Shown in pieces: positions 1 to 9,039 of a stretch of DNA of 64,000 nt. Position 1 is the first letter of the stretch. The number at the start of each line of letters is the position of its first letter. The notes under the pieces are model-generated. The model searched no databases and was not told the origin of the DNA. It saw only the letters and a program-made list of their open reading frames with translations. The DNA is from Candidatus Aminicenantia bacterium (lineage in GTDB: Bacteria; Acidobacteriota; Aminicenantia; Aminicenantales; Saccharicenantaceae): assembly GCA_041479905.1 (NCBI GenBank), contig JBGOYY010000007.1:5162-69161 (forward strand), given 5' to 3'. The translations under genes were made by a program, and so were the position numbers.

Positions 1-23
1 TGCTCGCATCTCTCCATTTCACC

Positions 24-533
24 ATGGGATGCGCGGCCAATCGCGTTCAAGGCCCATGGGCGGGGGTGGCCCAGCTGCCCTCCGCATTGGTCGAGGCGAA
101 GGCGCTCCCCGAGGTCCGCATCGAGGCGGGCGGGAACCCGGGCTTTGTCGGGAAAATCACCGGCCTGGAAAACAGAACGGTTCGCGTCCTGCCCGCCCCC
201 TATTGGAACGTCGAAACCCTGAGGATCGACCTCTCGGAAATCTCTTCGATCGTTCTGCCGGGAAAAAAGCGCAGTGCGGGCCGCGCCGCCGCTTACGGAC
301 TGGGGATCGGTTTTCTCGTGGGCGGCGGGCTCATGGCCGTCGGCGCCGAGTACGATGAGGACTATGAAGCGGGGCTGATAGGCGGCGTCTTGGTCGGGGC
401 CGTCTCGGGACTCGTGACGCTGGCCGTCGCGGCAATGATCGGCTCCAAGTCGGAAAAAACCTACGTTTTCGCGGGCATGACCGCCGAGGAGAAAGCCGCC
501 GCGATCCTCGACCTCATGGGCGTCAAGCGGTAA
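24..533 (+). CDS. small membrane-anchored hypothetical protein; true start may lie upstream of the window
   Basis: 169-aa ORF. The frame has no stop between nt 3 and 24, so it is open to the window edge. The C-terminal half is Gly/Ala/Val-rich and TM-like (GLGIGFLVGGGLMAVG, GGVLVGAVSGLVTLAVAAMIG). It ends 27 nt upstream of the next same-strand gene. Confidence 0.45.
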   Translation: MGCAANRVQGPWAGVAQLPSALVEAKALPEVRIEAGGNPGFVGKITGLENRTVRVLPAPYWNVETLRIDLSEISSIVLPGKKRSAGRAAAYGLGIGFLVGGGLMAVGAEYDEDYEAGLIGGVLVGAVSGLVTLAVAAMIGSKSEKTYVFAGMTAEEKAAAILDLMGVKR

Positions 534-560
534 CGGCGGACAAGAACAAGGAGAATCGCC

Positions 561-2090
561 ATGAAATCCTTTTGGTCGAAAGTCTTCACTTCCGTTTTCG
601 TCGTCGTCTTCCTCGCCTCCTGCACAAAAACCGTCACCTACCTGTCCCCGAACGAGGCCGGGCGGATCAGCGCCGCGCCTCGCGTCGTCGTCGAAACCCA
701 AGACGGCAAAACTCTCGAGTTCCGGAACCCCAAGGTCGAGAACCAGACGATCGCCGGCATCGCCAAAGGCCGGGGCCAGATCAGTCTGGATTATTCGTCC
801 ATCAAGTCCGTGAGAATTGAAAAGAAAGATTCGGGCCTGGCCTACGTCTATGGCGGGGCGGGCCTGGTCCTCGCTTGGCTCGTCATCGGCGCCTCGACCG
901 CACCCGCGCCGCCGCCCAGCGATAGCTGTCCGCTCATCTACTCCTTCGACGGGGAGAGCTACCACCTCGATGCCGAGCCCTACGGCGCCTCGCTCTGCGA
1001 AGGATTGAAGAGGGCGGAGTGGTCCCCGATGGAGCACCTGGCGGAAGTCGACGGCGCCTACCGCATCCTCGTCGCGAACGAGCTCGCGGAGACCGAGTAT
1101 ACGGACGAGATCAGGCTTCTCGTCGTCGACCATCCGGCCGGCCTCAACGTCGTCCCGGACGCGGCGGGCGGCCTCCACGCCGTCGCCTCCCCTCAGGATC
1201 TCCGGTCGGCCCGGGACTCGCGCGGGACCGACATCACCGGCGCGCTGTCGCGCAAGGACCGCGTTCTCTGGCAGACGGACCTCGACCGGGTCGATCCGCA
1301 GGTCCGGGAAAGTCTGAGGGACGAGCTCACCCTCGAGTTCCCCAAGCCGGCGGGCGCGAAAACGGCCAAGCTCCTGGTCAACGCCACGACCTCCGCCTGG
1401 GGGGCCCAGATGGGGAAGCGGTTCCTCGGCCTCCACGGCGACGTTTTGCAGGATTATTACGCCGAGGTCGACAGGCACGGCCCCGCCTATTTTCAAACGA
1501 TGTCCTGGCATATCAGCGAAGAGATGTACCTCCTCCAGGTCCGTGTCCTGACGCCGAACGGATGGAAAACGAGAGGGACGATCTACGGCGGAGGGCCCTT
1601 CGTCTCCGCCGACAAGGCCTATGTCGTGGACGTCGCCGATGTCCCCGGCGATACGCTCACCATCCGGCTCACGCCGCCGGCGAACTTCTGGGCGATCGAC
1701 TATCTGGCCGTGGATTATTCCGCCGACGTCCCCCTGTCCGTCACCGAGGTCGAGCCGATCGACGGTGCCGGCCGGGAGGGCCAGGACGCCGCGGCCCGGC
1801 TGAGGGCGACGGACGGTTCCTATCTCGTCATGCCGGAGGGAAGCGATCCGGTCGTGGTGACTTTCGGCGCCCCGCCCCGCCCATCGGGGACCGAACGGAC
1901 CGTCATCCTCAAGGCCAGCGGCTATTACGACGTTCACGTCGAGACCGCGGGCGTCCAGCCGAGGCTGGACGTTCTCCGGAGATTCGCCGTCGAGCCCGGG
2001 TCGACGATCCGGTTCGCCATGGAAGAATACCTCGAGTGGAAAGCCGCGAGCGATGCGAACGCGCGACCTGTCAAGACATGCGGGAATTAG
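561..2090 (+). CDS. lipoprotein of unknown function; paralog of 38193-39758
   Basis: Signal peptide plus lipobox (VVFLASC). GGAGAA RBS upstream of the ATG. The C-terminal ~300 aa share blocks with the 38193-39758 product: LLVVDHPAGLNVVPD/LVVVDHPVGVGVAPD, DELTLEFPKPAGAKTAKLLVNAT/DELTFEFRRPAGARKAKLIVNAT, PPANFWAIDYLAVDY/PPVGYWMIDCLALDF. Confidence 0.65.
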   Translation: MKSFWSKVFTSVFVVVFLASCTKTVTYLSPNEAGRISAAPRVVVETQDGKTLEFRNPKVENQTIAGIAKGRGQISLDYSSIKSVRIEKKDSGLAYVYGGAGLVLAWLVIGASTAPAPPPSDSCPLIYSFDGESYHLDAEPYGASLCEGLKRAEWSPMEHLAEVDGAYRILVANELAETEYTDEIRLLVVDHPAGLNVVPDAAGGLHAVASPQDLRSARDSRGTDITGALSRKDRVLWQTDLDRVDPQVRESLRDELTLEFPKPAGAKTAKLLVNATTSAWGAQMGKRFLGLHGDVLQDYYAEVDRHGPAYFQTMSWHISEEMYLLQVRVLTPNGWKTRGTIYGGGPFVSADKAYVVDVADVPGDTLTIRLTPPANFWAIDYLAVDYSADVPLSVTEVEPIDGAGREGQDAAARLRATDGSYLVMPEGSDPVVVTFGAPPRPSGTERTVILKASGYYDVHVETAGVQPRLDVLRRFAVEPGSTIRFAMEEYLEWKAASDANARPVKTCGN

Positions 2091-3246
2091 GGCGCTCCGG
2101 TATCCCCTCGGCGGCGTCCCGCACGCCACCCTGGAGATCAACCGGACCTGCAACATCCGATGCCGCTCCTGCTACACGCTCGATAGGACGCACGTCAAGT
2201 CTCTGGGCACGGTCAAGCAGGAACTCGACCTCCTCCTCGAGAAGAGGAAACTCAGCGTCATCACGATCCTCGGCGGAGAGCCGACTCTTCATCCGGACCT
2301 GGCGGAGATCGTCACCGCCGTGAAAAGCCGGGGTCTCCTCTGTCAGCTCCTGACGAACGGAGTGGCCTTCCTCGAAGACGGGTCGGACAGGCTCCTGGAC
2401 AGCCTGATCCGGGCCGGCGTGGACAGGTTCATCGTCCACATCGACAGCGGCCAGGCCCACGTGCACGGGGACATCGAAAAGGCCCGCGAGACGCTTTTTT
2501 CCAAGCTCGAAAGTAAGCGGGTCAATTTCGCCCTGTCCGTCACCGTTTACAGCGAGGACTCCGGTTGTCTCGCCGGCCTGGCGAGGAAGTATTCGCGGTT
2601 CAGGTATTTCGACAGCATCCTGGCCGTCCTCGCCCGGGACCCGCTTCTCCCGCGAACGGAGAGAGCGGAGCTGGCAGGCGAATACCGGCACATCCGCTCG
2701 GAGCTCGGCATCGAGCCCGCCGCCTACATTCCCTCGAACGTAGACGCGGCAGCCGTCCATTGGCTGCTTTATTCCTATTTCGTTAACGCCCGGACGGGAA
2801 AGGCCTTCGCCGTCTCACCCGCCCTCAACCGGACCGTCCGGAAGATCTACCGGACGGCGCGCGGGCGTCACCTCTTCGTGCCCAACCTGAAGCCGGCCGT
2901 CGCGACGCTTCTGTTTTTCCTGGCGGGCCTCGCCGACTCGTGTCTCCGCCCGAAGAGGGCCCGGTCTTTCCTAAGCATGCTGGCCTCGGGAGTCGGCGGG
3001 ATCCGGTTCCACTTCATCGTCATCCAGACGCCGCCGGAGGTCGATGAAGCCGGACGGCTGATCGGCTTCTGTTACCATTGCCCCGACGCGACGGTGCGCA
3101 ACGGCAGGCTGATGCCCGTCTGTCTCGCGGATCACATCAGCCCCTTGGACGGGTCGCCGGCCGAACCCTTCGCCAAGGATCTGGCCGAAGCCGTCTGCTC
3201 CTACATGGGCGAGACCCGGCGGATGGAGGCGGAGCTTAGCGCTTGA
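2053..3246 (+). CDS. radical SAM protein, subfamily undetermined
   Basis: CxxxCxxC cluster motif near the N-terminus (CNIRCRSC), followed by GGEPTLHP. C-terminal Cys cluster (FCYHCPDATVRNGRLMPVC). Overlaps the upstream lipoprotein gene by 38 nt, with no alternative start after that gene's stop. Confidence 0.75.
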   Translation: MRTRDLSRHAGIRALRYPLGGVPHATLEINRTCNIRCRSCYTLDRTHVKSLGTVKQELDLLLEKRKLSVITILGGEPTLHPDLAEIVTAVKSRGLLCQLLTNGVAFLEDGSDRLLDSLIRAGVDRFIVHIDSGQAHVHGDIEKARETLFSKLESKRVNFALSVTVYSEDSGCLAGLARKYSRFRYFDSILAVLARDPLLPRTERAELAGEYRHIRSELGIEPAAYIPSNVDAAAVHWLLYSYFVNARTGKAFAVSPALNRTVRKIYRTARGRHLFVPNLKPAVATLLFFLAGLADSCLRPKRARSFLSMLASGVGGIRFHFIVIQTPPEVDEAGRLIGFCYHCPDATVRNGRLMPVCLADHISPLDGSPAEPFAKDLAEAVCSYMGETRRMEAELSA

Positions 3247-3449
3247 CGAAGGGCTCCGGATCCGCGCCGCCGGACCCAATGACCGCGACTGAACCCGCGT
3301 TGTAAGGCGGCCACTATTTCTTTAGCGATTTCTGCCCGATATGGGTAAATCCTACTATTTTTATAGGATTTTGGAACCTTTTGCTCCGACCCGACGTCTA
3401 AAGAGATGTAAGGAAAGAAAAAAGATATCAACGAACAGAGGAGAATATC

Positions 3450-3614
3450 ATGAAACTCAGAACAAAATTCGCCATTTTCGTGCTCGCCACGTTCCTGACG
3501 TTGACAGGCTTAAACCTGCTCGCCAACGCCTTCTCGATGAAAGGGGTTATCACGGCCCAAAGCCCCGGAACGTCGGTCACCGTCCAGGTCACGAGCTATA
3601 GAATCCTGTCCTGA
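3450..3614 (+). CDS. 54-aa small protein with an N-terminal signal/TM-like segment (below the ORF-track cutoff)
   Basis: ATG preceded by GAGGAGAA about 6 nt upstream. Hand translation: MKLRTKFAIFVLATFLTLTGLNLLANAFSMKGVITAQSPGTSVTVQVTSYRILS, then TGA at 3612-3614. Confidence 0.4.
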   Translation: MKLRTKFAIFVLATFLTLTGLNLLANAFSMKGVITAQSPGTSVTVQVTSYRILS

Positions 3615-3796
3615 CGCCGACGATCCTGATCAGCCGGCCCCGGGATGCCAACGCCGGCGACCTCGGCTACATCCTCTCCTGTTACGCGGATTACGCGTCG
3701 GCTGAAGCGTTCAATCCCAAGATGCGCATGATCCGGACGAAGACCCTCATGCAGGGGAACGACTGCTGCAACAACCGGTATGTCATCGAGGGATAG
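3602..3796 (+). other. coding-like frame continuing from the 54-aa ORF in the -1 frame, with no canonical start at its 5' end; possibly a frameshifted gene
   Basis: Hand translation: NPVLTPTILISRPRDANAGDLGYILSCYADYASAEAFNPKMRMIRTKTLMQGNDCCNNRYVIEG, then TAG at 3794-3796. The frame opens right after a TAG at 3599-3601. The first ATG is only 24 codons from the end. Confidence 0.3.
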
Positions 3797-3865
3797 GAAG
3801 ATTTAGCGGCTGTCACGAATCGTCCTGACTTGAAAACACCCTGCCTTAGGAAGTACATTGGGGCC

Positions 3866-5386
3866 ATGAAAAACGCGAAAAGGCAGACAGCCGCCCTCGT
3901 TTCGCTTTTCCTCGCCCTGGCCGCGCTCGCGCCGGCCAGCGAACGCCCGGACGGCGAGTGCTTCACCGTCCTCGTCGGCAGGAAGGCCAGCGCGGACGGC
4001 TCGGTCATGGTCGCCCACAACGAGGACGACCAGGGCGAGATCATCGTCAACCTCCGGAAGATTCGGGCCCGCGACTACGGCGCGCCCCAAAAAATCAGCC
4101 TCGGCAAGGGGGCCTTTTTCGAGACCGACGGCAAGACGGCGGGCTTTCTGTGGATCGAAGCAACGACCCAGGAATTCGCCGACAGCTTCATCAACGAGCA
4201 CGGCGTCCTCATCACCTCCGACAGCTGTCCGTCGAGAGTGAAGGCGGAGGACTACACCGACGGCGGTATCGGCTATATGCTCCGCAGGCTCATGGCCGAG
4301 AAGGCGACCTCCGCGCGGGAGGCCGTACGGATCGCGGGCGAGCTCGTCGAAAAATACGGCTACCGGGCCTCCGGAAGGACCTACTCGATCGCCGACAAGA
4401 ACGAGGCCTGGATGCTGGCCGTCCTCAGGGGACGTCACTGGTTCGCCCAGCGGGTCCCCGACGACGAGGTGGCTGTCATCCCCAACCACTACACGATCCG
4501 GCAAGTCCGCCCGGACGACACGGACCACTTCATGGGCAGCCGGGACATCGTGGAATACGCCGTGAAAAACGGCTGGTACGATGAAACGAAAGACGGCCCG
4601 TTCGACTTCAAGAAGGCCTTCGAGAGGCCCTCGAACCGGGACCTCGTCTCCGACGGCAACACCCTCCGCCACTGGCGAGGCCTCGTCCTGCTCAGTGGGA
4701 AGGACTGGGAGCTCGGCCGCGATTATCCGTTCTCATCAAAGCCCGGAAAAAAAGTGGCCGCGGAAGCCCTGATGACGATCCTCCGCGACCACTATGAAGG
4801 GACCGAATACGACGCCACGGACGGCTATAAGACGGGCACTCCGAACCGGACGAAGTTCCGGACGATCTGCACCTCCTCGACGATCAATTCCTTCGTCGTC
4901 TCTCTCGACCCAAAGCTCCCGGAGCCGCTCTCGGTCTCGATCTGGCTGGCCATGGGCAAGCCCGACACGACAGCGTTCCTGCCCCTTTACTACGGGGTCG
5001 AGAACCTGCCGCCCGGCGCGGGCCTCGGAACAACCACGCACGACTACGAGGTTTTCTATAAACAGCATTTTGACGACGTGGAGTTCAAGGCCGCGAAGGG
5101 CGGGCTCCTCCACACCAAGGTCCTCGAGCTCGAAAAGGCCGCCGAAGCGGACTACGGCCCGATGTACGAAACGCTCAAGAGGGAGCTTTTCCCCGCGGAA
5201 AAAGCGTTCATCGAAGGCCGGCGGAATTTCGAAGCGGACTTCAGGGCCCTTTACACCAAGAACAAGAAGAAAGCCATAAAAAAGCTCGATGCGTATGTCG
5301 CCGCCGCGTTCGAGAAAATCTCGGGCCTCACCCAATTCCTGAAGTCCGCGCTGGAGCCGATTCCGCCTGGTTCCAAGTTGAACTGA
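3866..5386 (+). CDS. C69-family dipeptidase, secreted
   Basis: Signal peptide, then a family-typical N-terminal nucleophile context (ECFTVLVGRKASADGSVMVAHNEDD). Start moved from the track's TTG at 3830 to the ATG at 3866 (MKNAKRQTAALVSLF). Confidence 0.75.
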   Translation: MKNAKRQTAALVSLFLALAALAPASERPDGECFTVLVGRKASADGSVMVAHNEDDQGEIIVNLRKIRARDYGAPQKISLGKGAFFETDGKTAGFLWIEATTQEFADSFINEHGVLITSDSCPSRVKAEDYTDGGIGYMLRRLMAEKATSAREAVRIAGELVEKYGYRASGRTYSIADKNEAWMLAVLRGRHWFAQRVPDDEVAVIPNHYTIRQVRPDDTDHFMGSRDIVEYAVKNGWYDETKDGPFDFKKAFERPSNRDLVSDGNTLRHWRGLVLLSGKDWELGRDYPFSSKPGKKVAAEALMTILRDHYEGTEYDATDGYKTGTPNRTKFRTICTSSTINSFVVSLDPKLPEPLSVSIWLAMGKPDTTAFLPLYYGVENLPPGAGLGTTTHDYEVFYKQHFDDVEFKAAKGGLLHTKVLELEKAAEADYGPMYETLKRELFPAEKAFIEGRRNFEADFRALYTKNKKKAIKKLDAYVAAAFEKISGLTQFLKSALEPIPPGSKLN

Positions 5387-5429
5387 GATCAAACGGCGGG
5401 CAACGCCCAGTCAGGGCCGTTTCGGGCCG

Positions 5430-6236
5430 CTAGCGCCTGGGCTTGCCATAGACGTGGTCGCCGATGCGGCGCATCCGAGCGAGCTCGTCTTCGCTCATGG
5501 GCCCGGCATCGAGGACGGCCAGGTTCTCGCGCATCTGCTCGGCCGTCTTCGGCCCCGACATACACACGTCGACCGCGGGGTGGGAGAGAACGAAGCGATA
5601 GCAGTCGGCGGCCGTCGGCGGCTTTTCGCCCGGCGGCATCTTCTTCGGGTTGAGGAGCTTCCCCCATCGAGTGGCGGTGAAGACCACGGTTCCGGGCCGT
5701 TTTTCCCCGCTCATAAATGGAAAAATGTCCGTCTCCGCGCCGCTGTGGGCGGCGTTGTAGCGGAGGTGAAGAACGTCGAACTCCCCGTCCCGCCCCAGCT
5801 CCCCGAGGAACTTCCGGTTGTGGCCGGAGAGACCGATGAAGCGGACGAGCCCCTTCTCTTTCATCCGCAGGGCCCCGTCGATGAGGCGCCGCGTCGGACG
5901 GCGGGAGAAGTAGCCCAGGATGAGGACATCGGCGTGGTCCAGCCCGGCGCTTTCGAGGCCCCGCACAAGTAGCCGTTCGGTGAGGAAATTGTTGTGGGCG
6001 TAGGTGAACATGGCCAGGACCAGCCGGTCCCGCTGTCCCTTGGCGACAATATTCTTCAGCGCCTGGCGCATGTGCGGCGCAAAACCCTTGATGACCGTGC
6101 CCCAGGTGAAATAGTTACAGCCCCGTTCGAAGGCCTCTTCGATGGCCGCCGTGGGCACCCCGTACCCCGAGGCGACGCCCAGGCGTCCGACCTTGAGACC
6201 TGTCCGGCCCAAAACGGCGGGTTCATGAAAGTTCAT
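5430..6236 (-). CDS. aldo/keto reductase family oxidoreductase
   Basis: 268-aa product starting MNFHEPAVLGRTGLKVGRLGVASGYG, with FIGLSGHN later. The track ORF extended to 6734 is an Arg/Pro-rich over-extension. The ATG at 6234-6236 overlaps the upstream gene's stop (ATGA). Confidence 0.8.
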   Translation of the reverse strand: MNFHEPAVLGRTGLKVGRLGVASGYGVPTAAIEEAFERGCNYFTWGTVIKGFAPHMRQALKNIVAKGQRDRLVLAMFTYAHNNFLTERLLVRGLESAGLDHADVLILGYFSRRPTRRLIDGALRMKEKGLVRFIGLSGHNRKFLGELGRDGEFDVLHLRYNAAHSGAETDIFPFMSGEKRPGTVVFTATRWGKLLNPKKMPPGEKPPTAADCYRFVLSHPAVDVCMSGPKTAEQMRENLAVLDAGPMSEDELARMRRIGDHVYGKPRR

Positions 6237-6958
6237 GGTTCTGGCGCTCCTTTGGGTTCGATCCGGACTTCGCCGGGCCGGGACTCGAGGTCGTCCAGCC
6301 ATTCCTCCATGGCCCGGAGGTGGAGGGCGATCGCTTCGTCGATCTCCGCCGGCACCGCCAATCCCTTCGCGGCGCAGTATTCGGCGAGCGATGCGTCGAT
6401 GTCCTGCCAGGAGGATAAGGGCGCGCGGTCCGGCTCTTGGCCTGATCCCGCGGATCCACTGACCGCAGCGGCGTCGACCTTGCCCACGACGTCGAGCCGT
6501 TCGAGAATTCCCACCATGCGCCGGTAGAGTTCGCCGTAGCGGCGCGACCAGCCCAGGTAGGGCGCGACGCCCTGCGACCCCAGGAAGGTCTCGACCGTCC
6601 CGTCGCGCCCCACGACAGCCTCGCAATCGGGTTGGGCGGGAAAGACGGCGAATCGCTCTTCTCCCCGCTCGTTGGTCGTCCTGCCCAGGGGATAAAGACG
6701 GCAGACCAGGGGCCGGCGGGGATGGACCCGGCACCCGGACGGCGTCAAGAAAACACAGCGGCCGTCCTCCTCGGAGCGGAGCGTCGTCCCCCCGTTATCG
6801 CCATAGAGGGAGAGGAACTCGGTTGTGCCTATCCCAAGGACGCGCGCCATCCCCAGGACCTCGTGGGGGCCGGCCATAATGACCTTGCCCGAGCAGCAAC
6901 GGCCGCACACACGGCAGGCAAACGAAAAGGGGGCTTCGCGGTCGAGGCAAAAATCCAA
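6233..6958 (-). CDS. YkgJ-type cysteine-cluster (CxxCxxCC) protein
   Basis: N-terminal CRVCGRCC motif plus later Cys residues (CVFLTPSGCRVHPRRPLVCRLYP). Translationally coupled to the aldo/keto reductase gene. Confidence 0.65.
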   Translation of the reverse strand: MDFCLDREAPFSFACRVCGRCCSGKVIMAGPHEVLGMARVLGIGTTEFLSLYGDNGGTTLRSEEDGRCVFLTPSGCRVHPRRPLVCRLYPLGRTTNERGEERFAVFPAQPDCEAVVGRDGTVETFLGSQGVAPYLGWSRRYGELYRRMVGILERLDVVGKVDAAAVSGSAGSGQEPDRAPLSSWQDIDASLAEYCAAKGLAVPAEIDEAIALHLRAMEEWLDDLESRPGEVRIEPKGAPEP

Positions 6959-6968
6959 AGGCGCGGCT

Positions 6969-7307
6969 TCAGTGTTTGGCTTCGAGCGTCCCCAGGTTCT
7001 TGAACATCTGGCCGGCCCGGAACAGCTTGATCTCGACGGCCGCCGTCTCGTCGGACTGGAGGTGCTTCAGGACCTTCGCGGGGAACGGCGCGGAGTACAG
7101 CAGCTCGCTGCCCTTGTACCACTTGATCTCGGCCTGCTGCCACCTGGCCTGGAGATGCTTGTCCTGCTGGATATGCTTGTCCTGGACGACCCCGCCGGTC
7201 TGGCTCCCGTGAAGAAAGCCGAAGGATGTGCAGAAGGCCGCGGCTGTCCCGGCGAGCTTGAGGACGTCCCGCCGGGTGACGGTTTTCCGATCTTCTTCTT
7301 TTCCCAT
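6969..7307 (-). CDS. small Tat-signal protein of unknown function
   Basis: Twin-arginine motif TRRDVLKLAGTAAAF. First gene of the 7307-5430 minus-strand operon, 10 nt from the next gene. Confidence 0.5.
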   Translation of the reverse strand: MGKEEDRKTVTRRDVLKLAGTAAAFCTSFGFLHGSQTGGVVQDKHIQQDKHLQARWQQAEIKWYKGSELLYSAPFPAKVLKHLQSDETAAVEIKLFRAGQMFKNLGTLEAKH

Positions 7308-7486
7308 GGTTTTATGTTAATTCTGGAGGGAACGTTTGTCAACCCCTAGACTTCCCGGTCCTGCCCGGGCTTGTTCGGGGTTAACCCTGAGCCACGCTTC
7401 TCATCCCTGCATTGAAAGCCGGGGTCAGCGTCGGCGAACGGGTCAAGGTCGGTCGTCTATCGCGCACCTCCGGACTAACGCCCGGA

Positions 7487-7515
7487 TTGACTCCCTGCCT
7501 GAAGATGCGTAATAT
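7487..7515 (+). promoter_or_regulatory. sigma70-type promoter for ndk (TTGACT-17-TAATAT)
   Basis: TTGACT at 7487-7492, 17-nt spacer, TAATAT at 7510-7515. It lies 30 nt upstream of the ndk ATG, which has a GAAGGAG RBS. Confidence 0.5.
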
Positions 7516-7545
7516 CGGAGGCGAATTCCCCCGAAGGAGCGCCCC

Positions 7546-7947
7546 ATGGATAAGACCCTGGCCATCATCAAGCCCGACGCCACCAAGAAGAGGATCATCG
7601 GCAAGATCATCGGGCGCATCGAGGAGGAGGGCTTCACGATCTCCAAGATGAAGCTCGTCCACCTGACCAAGGACGAGGCCAGAGGGTTCTACATCGTCCA
7701 CAAGGAGAAGGGCTTCTACGACAGCCTGACCGAGTTCATGTCCTCGGGCCCGGTCGTGATCATGGTCCTCGAGGCGGAAAACGCCGTCCGCCTCTGGCGG
7801 GACGCCATGGGCGCCACCGACCCGGCCCTGGCCAAGCCCGGCACCATCCGCCACGCCCACGGCTTTTCCATCGAGCGGAACGCGACCCACGGCTCGGACG
7901 CGCGCGAGACCGCCGAGTGGGAGATCGATTACTTCTTCAAGAAATAG
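7546..7947 (+). CDS. ndk: nucleoside-diphosphate kinase
   Basis: Full-length family match by eye: LAIIKPDA, GPVVIMVLE, GATDPALAKPGTIR, NATHGSD. Confidence 0.95.
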   Translation: MDKTLAIIKPDATKKRIIGKIIGRIEEEGFTISKMKLVHLTKDEARGFYIVHKEKGFYDSLTEFMSSGPVVIMVLEAENAVRLWRDAMGATDPALAKPGTIRHAHGFSIERNATHGSDARETAEWEIDYFFKK

Positions 7948-7965
7948 GCCGCATGTGCGGCGTTC

Positions 7966-7994
7966 TTGACATGCCCTGAGCCTTGATCTATGCT
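7966..7994 (+). promoter_or_regulatory. sigma70-type promoter (TTGACA-17-TATGCT) upstream of the 8137 gene
   Basis: TTGACA at 7966-7971, 17-nt spacer, TATGCT at 7989-7994. Implies a ~140-nt leader. Confidence 0.4.
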
Positions 7995-8136
7995 CCCTAA
8001 CAGTCGCTGGGCGTAAAAATTAATGCAAAACCCCGTTCGGGGGAAAACTCTCTAAAATCGCGCATATCCACACGAGCCGCACAACGGTGGGCAAGCAGCG
8101 CCGATGCCGGCCGCGTGGTCGAAAGGAGAATATCGC

Positions 8137-8988
8137 ATGAACTGGAAAAGTATCGGGATTCTGGCGGCGATCCTGACGTTGGTGGCCGGGTGCGCACCAA
8201 AGGCCGACGCCCCTGCGGACGTTGCCGCGATCAAGGCGCTGGCGGTGGCCTGGAGCCAGGCAGAAACCGCGGGCGACGCGGCGGCATTGTCTGAACAATT
8301 CGCTGACGGCGCGGTCCGGCTGGCTCCGAACGGACCGATTCAGGTCGGCAAGGAGGCGATCCATTCGTCATTGCGGACGTACTTCGATCAGTACAGCGAC
8401 GAGGCGATGGATGTCGCCGAGGACGTGCGGATTGTCGGCGATCTCGCGTTCGCGCGCGGGACTTACACAACTAAGATGACGCCCAAGGTCCCTGGCGCGG
8501 CGGTTGTCGATGACAAAGGGAAGTGGCTCACCGCTTACCGTCGCCAACCAGGAGGCTCGTGGAAGATCGTCGTCGACATATGGAACACCGATATGCCCGT
8601 GGTCCAGGTGCTGTCCCCCGGGAGCACCGACGAGCAGGCGCTGCTGCAGATCGAACGCGACTGGACGGCGGCGTGGTGGAAGCAGGACCCGGAAGCTTTG
8701 GACGGCATCCTAGCAGACGGCTACTTGGAGAACCTCCAGGGCCAAATCACGACGAAGGCGCAATTAATCCGAGACATGAAGGCCGGGATCTACAAGGTGG
8801 AGTCACTCGAGGCCAGTGACATGCGGGTGGTCGTCTTCGGAGATCATGCGGTCGTGAACGGCCTCACCACATCGAAAGGCACGATACGCGGCAAGGACGC
8901 CAGCGACAAGAGGCGGTGGACGGACGTTTACGAGAAACGGGATGGGCGTTGGCGTGCCGTTTTCACCCACTATATCAATGTAGAGTGA
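8137..8988 (+). CDS. lipoprotein with two tandem SnoaL/DUF4440-like (NTF2-fold) domains
   Basis: MNWKSIGILAAILTLVAGC lipobox, AAGGAGAA RBS. Two repeats each end in a family-typical strand (GGSWKIVVDIWN and DGRWRAVFTHY). Start moved from 8104 to 8137. Confidence 0.6.
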   Translation: MNWKSIGILAAILTLVAGCAPKADAPADVAAIKALAVAWSQAETAGDAAALSEQFADGAVRLAPNGPIQVGKEAIHSSLRTYFDQYSDEAMDVAEDVRIVGDLAFARGTYTTKMTPKVPGAAVVDDKGKWLTAYRRQPGGSWKIVVDIWNTDMPVVQVLSPGSTDEQALLQIERDWTAAWWKQDPEALDGILADGYLENLQGQITTKAQLIRDMKAGIYKVESLEASDMRVVVFGDHAVVNGLTTSKGTIRGKDASDKRRWTDVYEKRDGRWRAVFTHYINVE

Positions 8989-9039
8989 CGTTCGCACGTC
9001 GCGCTGTTCGAAAATTCCCGGAAAAGGGGGAAACGAGCC

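Noticed and set aside
1019-2323. 434-aa Arg-rich ORF overlapping the lipoprotein and radical SAM genes in another frame
   Set aside because: It is an out-of-frame overlap with two motif-bearing genes, and its composition is extreme in Arg, Pro and Gly.
3372-3385. sigma54-like TGGAAC-N-TTGCT upstream of the small ORF
   Set aside because: The GG-to-GC spacing is 10 nt, not the 12 nt of the -24/-12 consensus (TGGCAC-N5-TTGC).
6254-6264. tRNA T-loop-like GGGTTCGATCC
   Set aside because: Flanking bases cannot form a T-stem or acceptor stem, and the site lies at the junction of two coding genes. No tRNA is called anywhere in the window.
6237-6734. 5' extensions of long track ORFs (5430-6734, and 45994-48018 beyond 47373)
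   Set aside because: The extensions read through the upstream genes (YkgJ-type and M20 peptidase) in another frame and are Arg-rich. Internal ATGs give products that start like their families.
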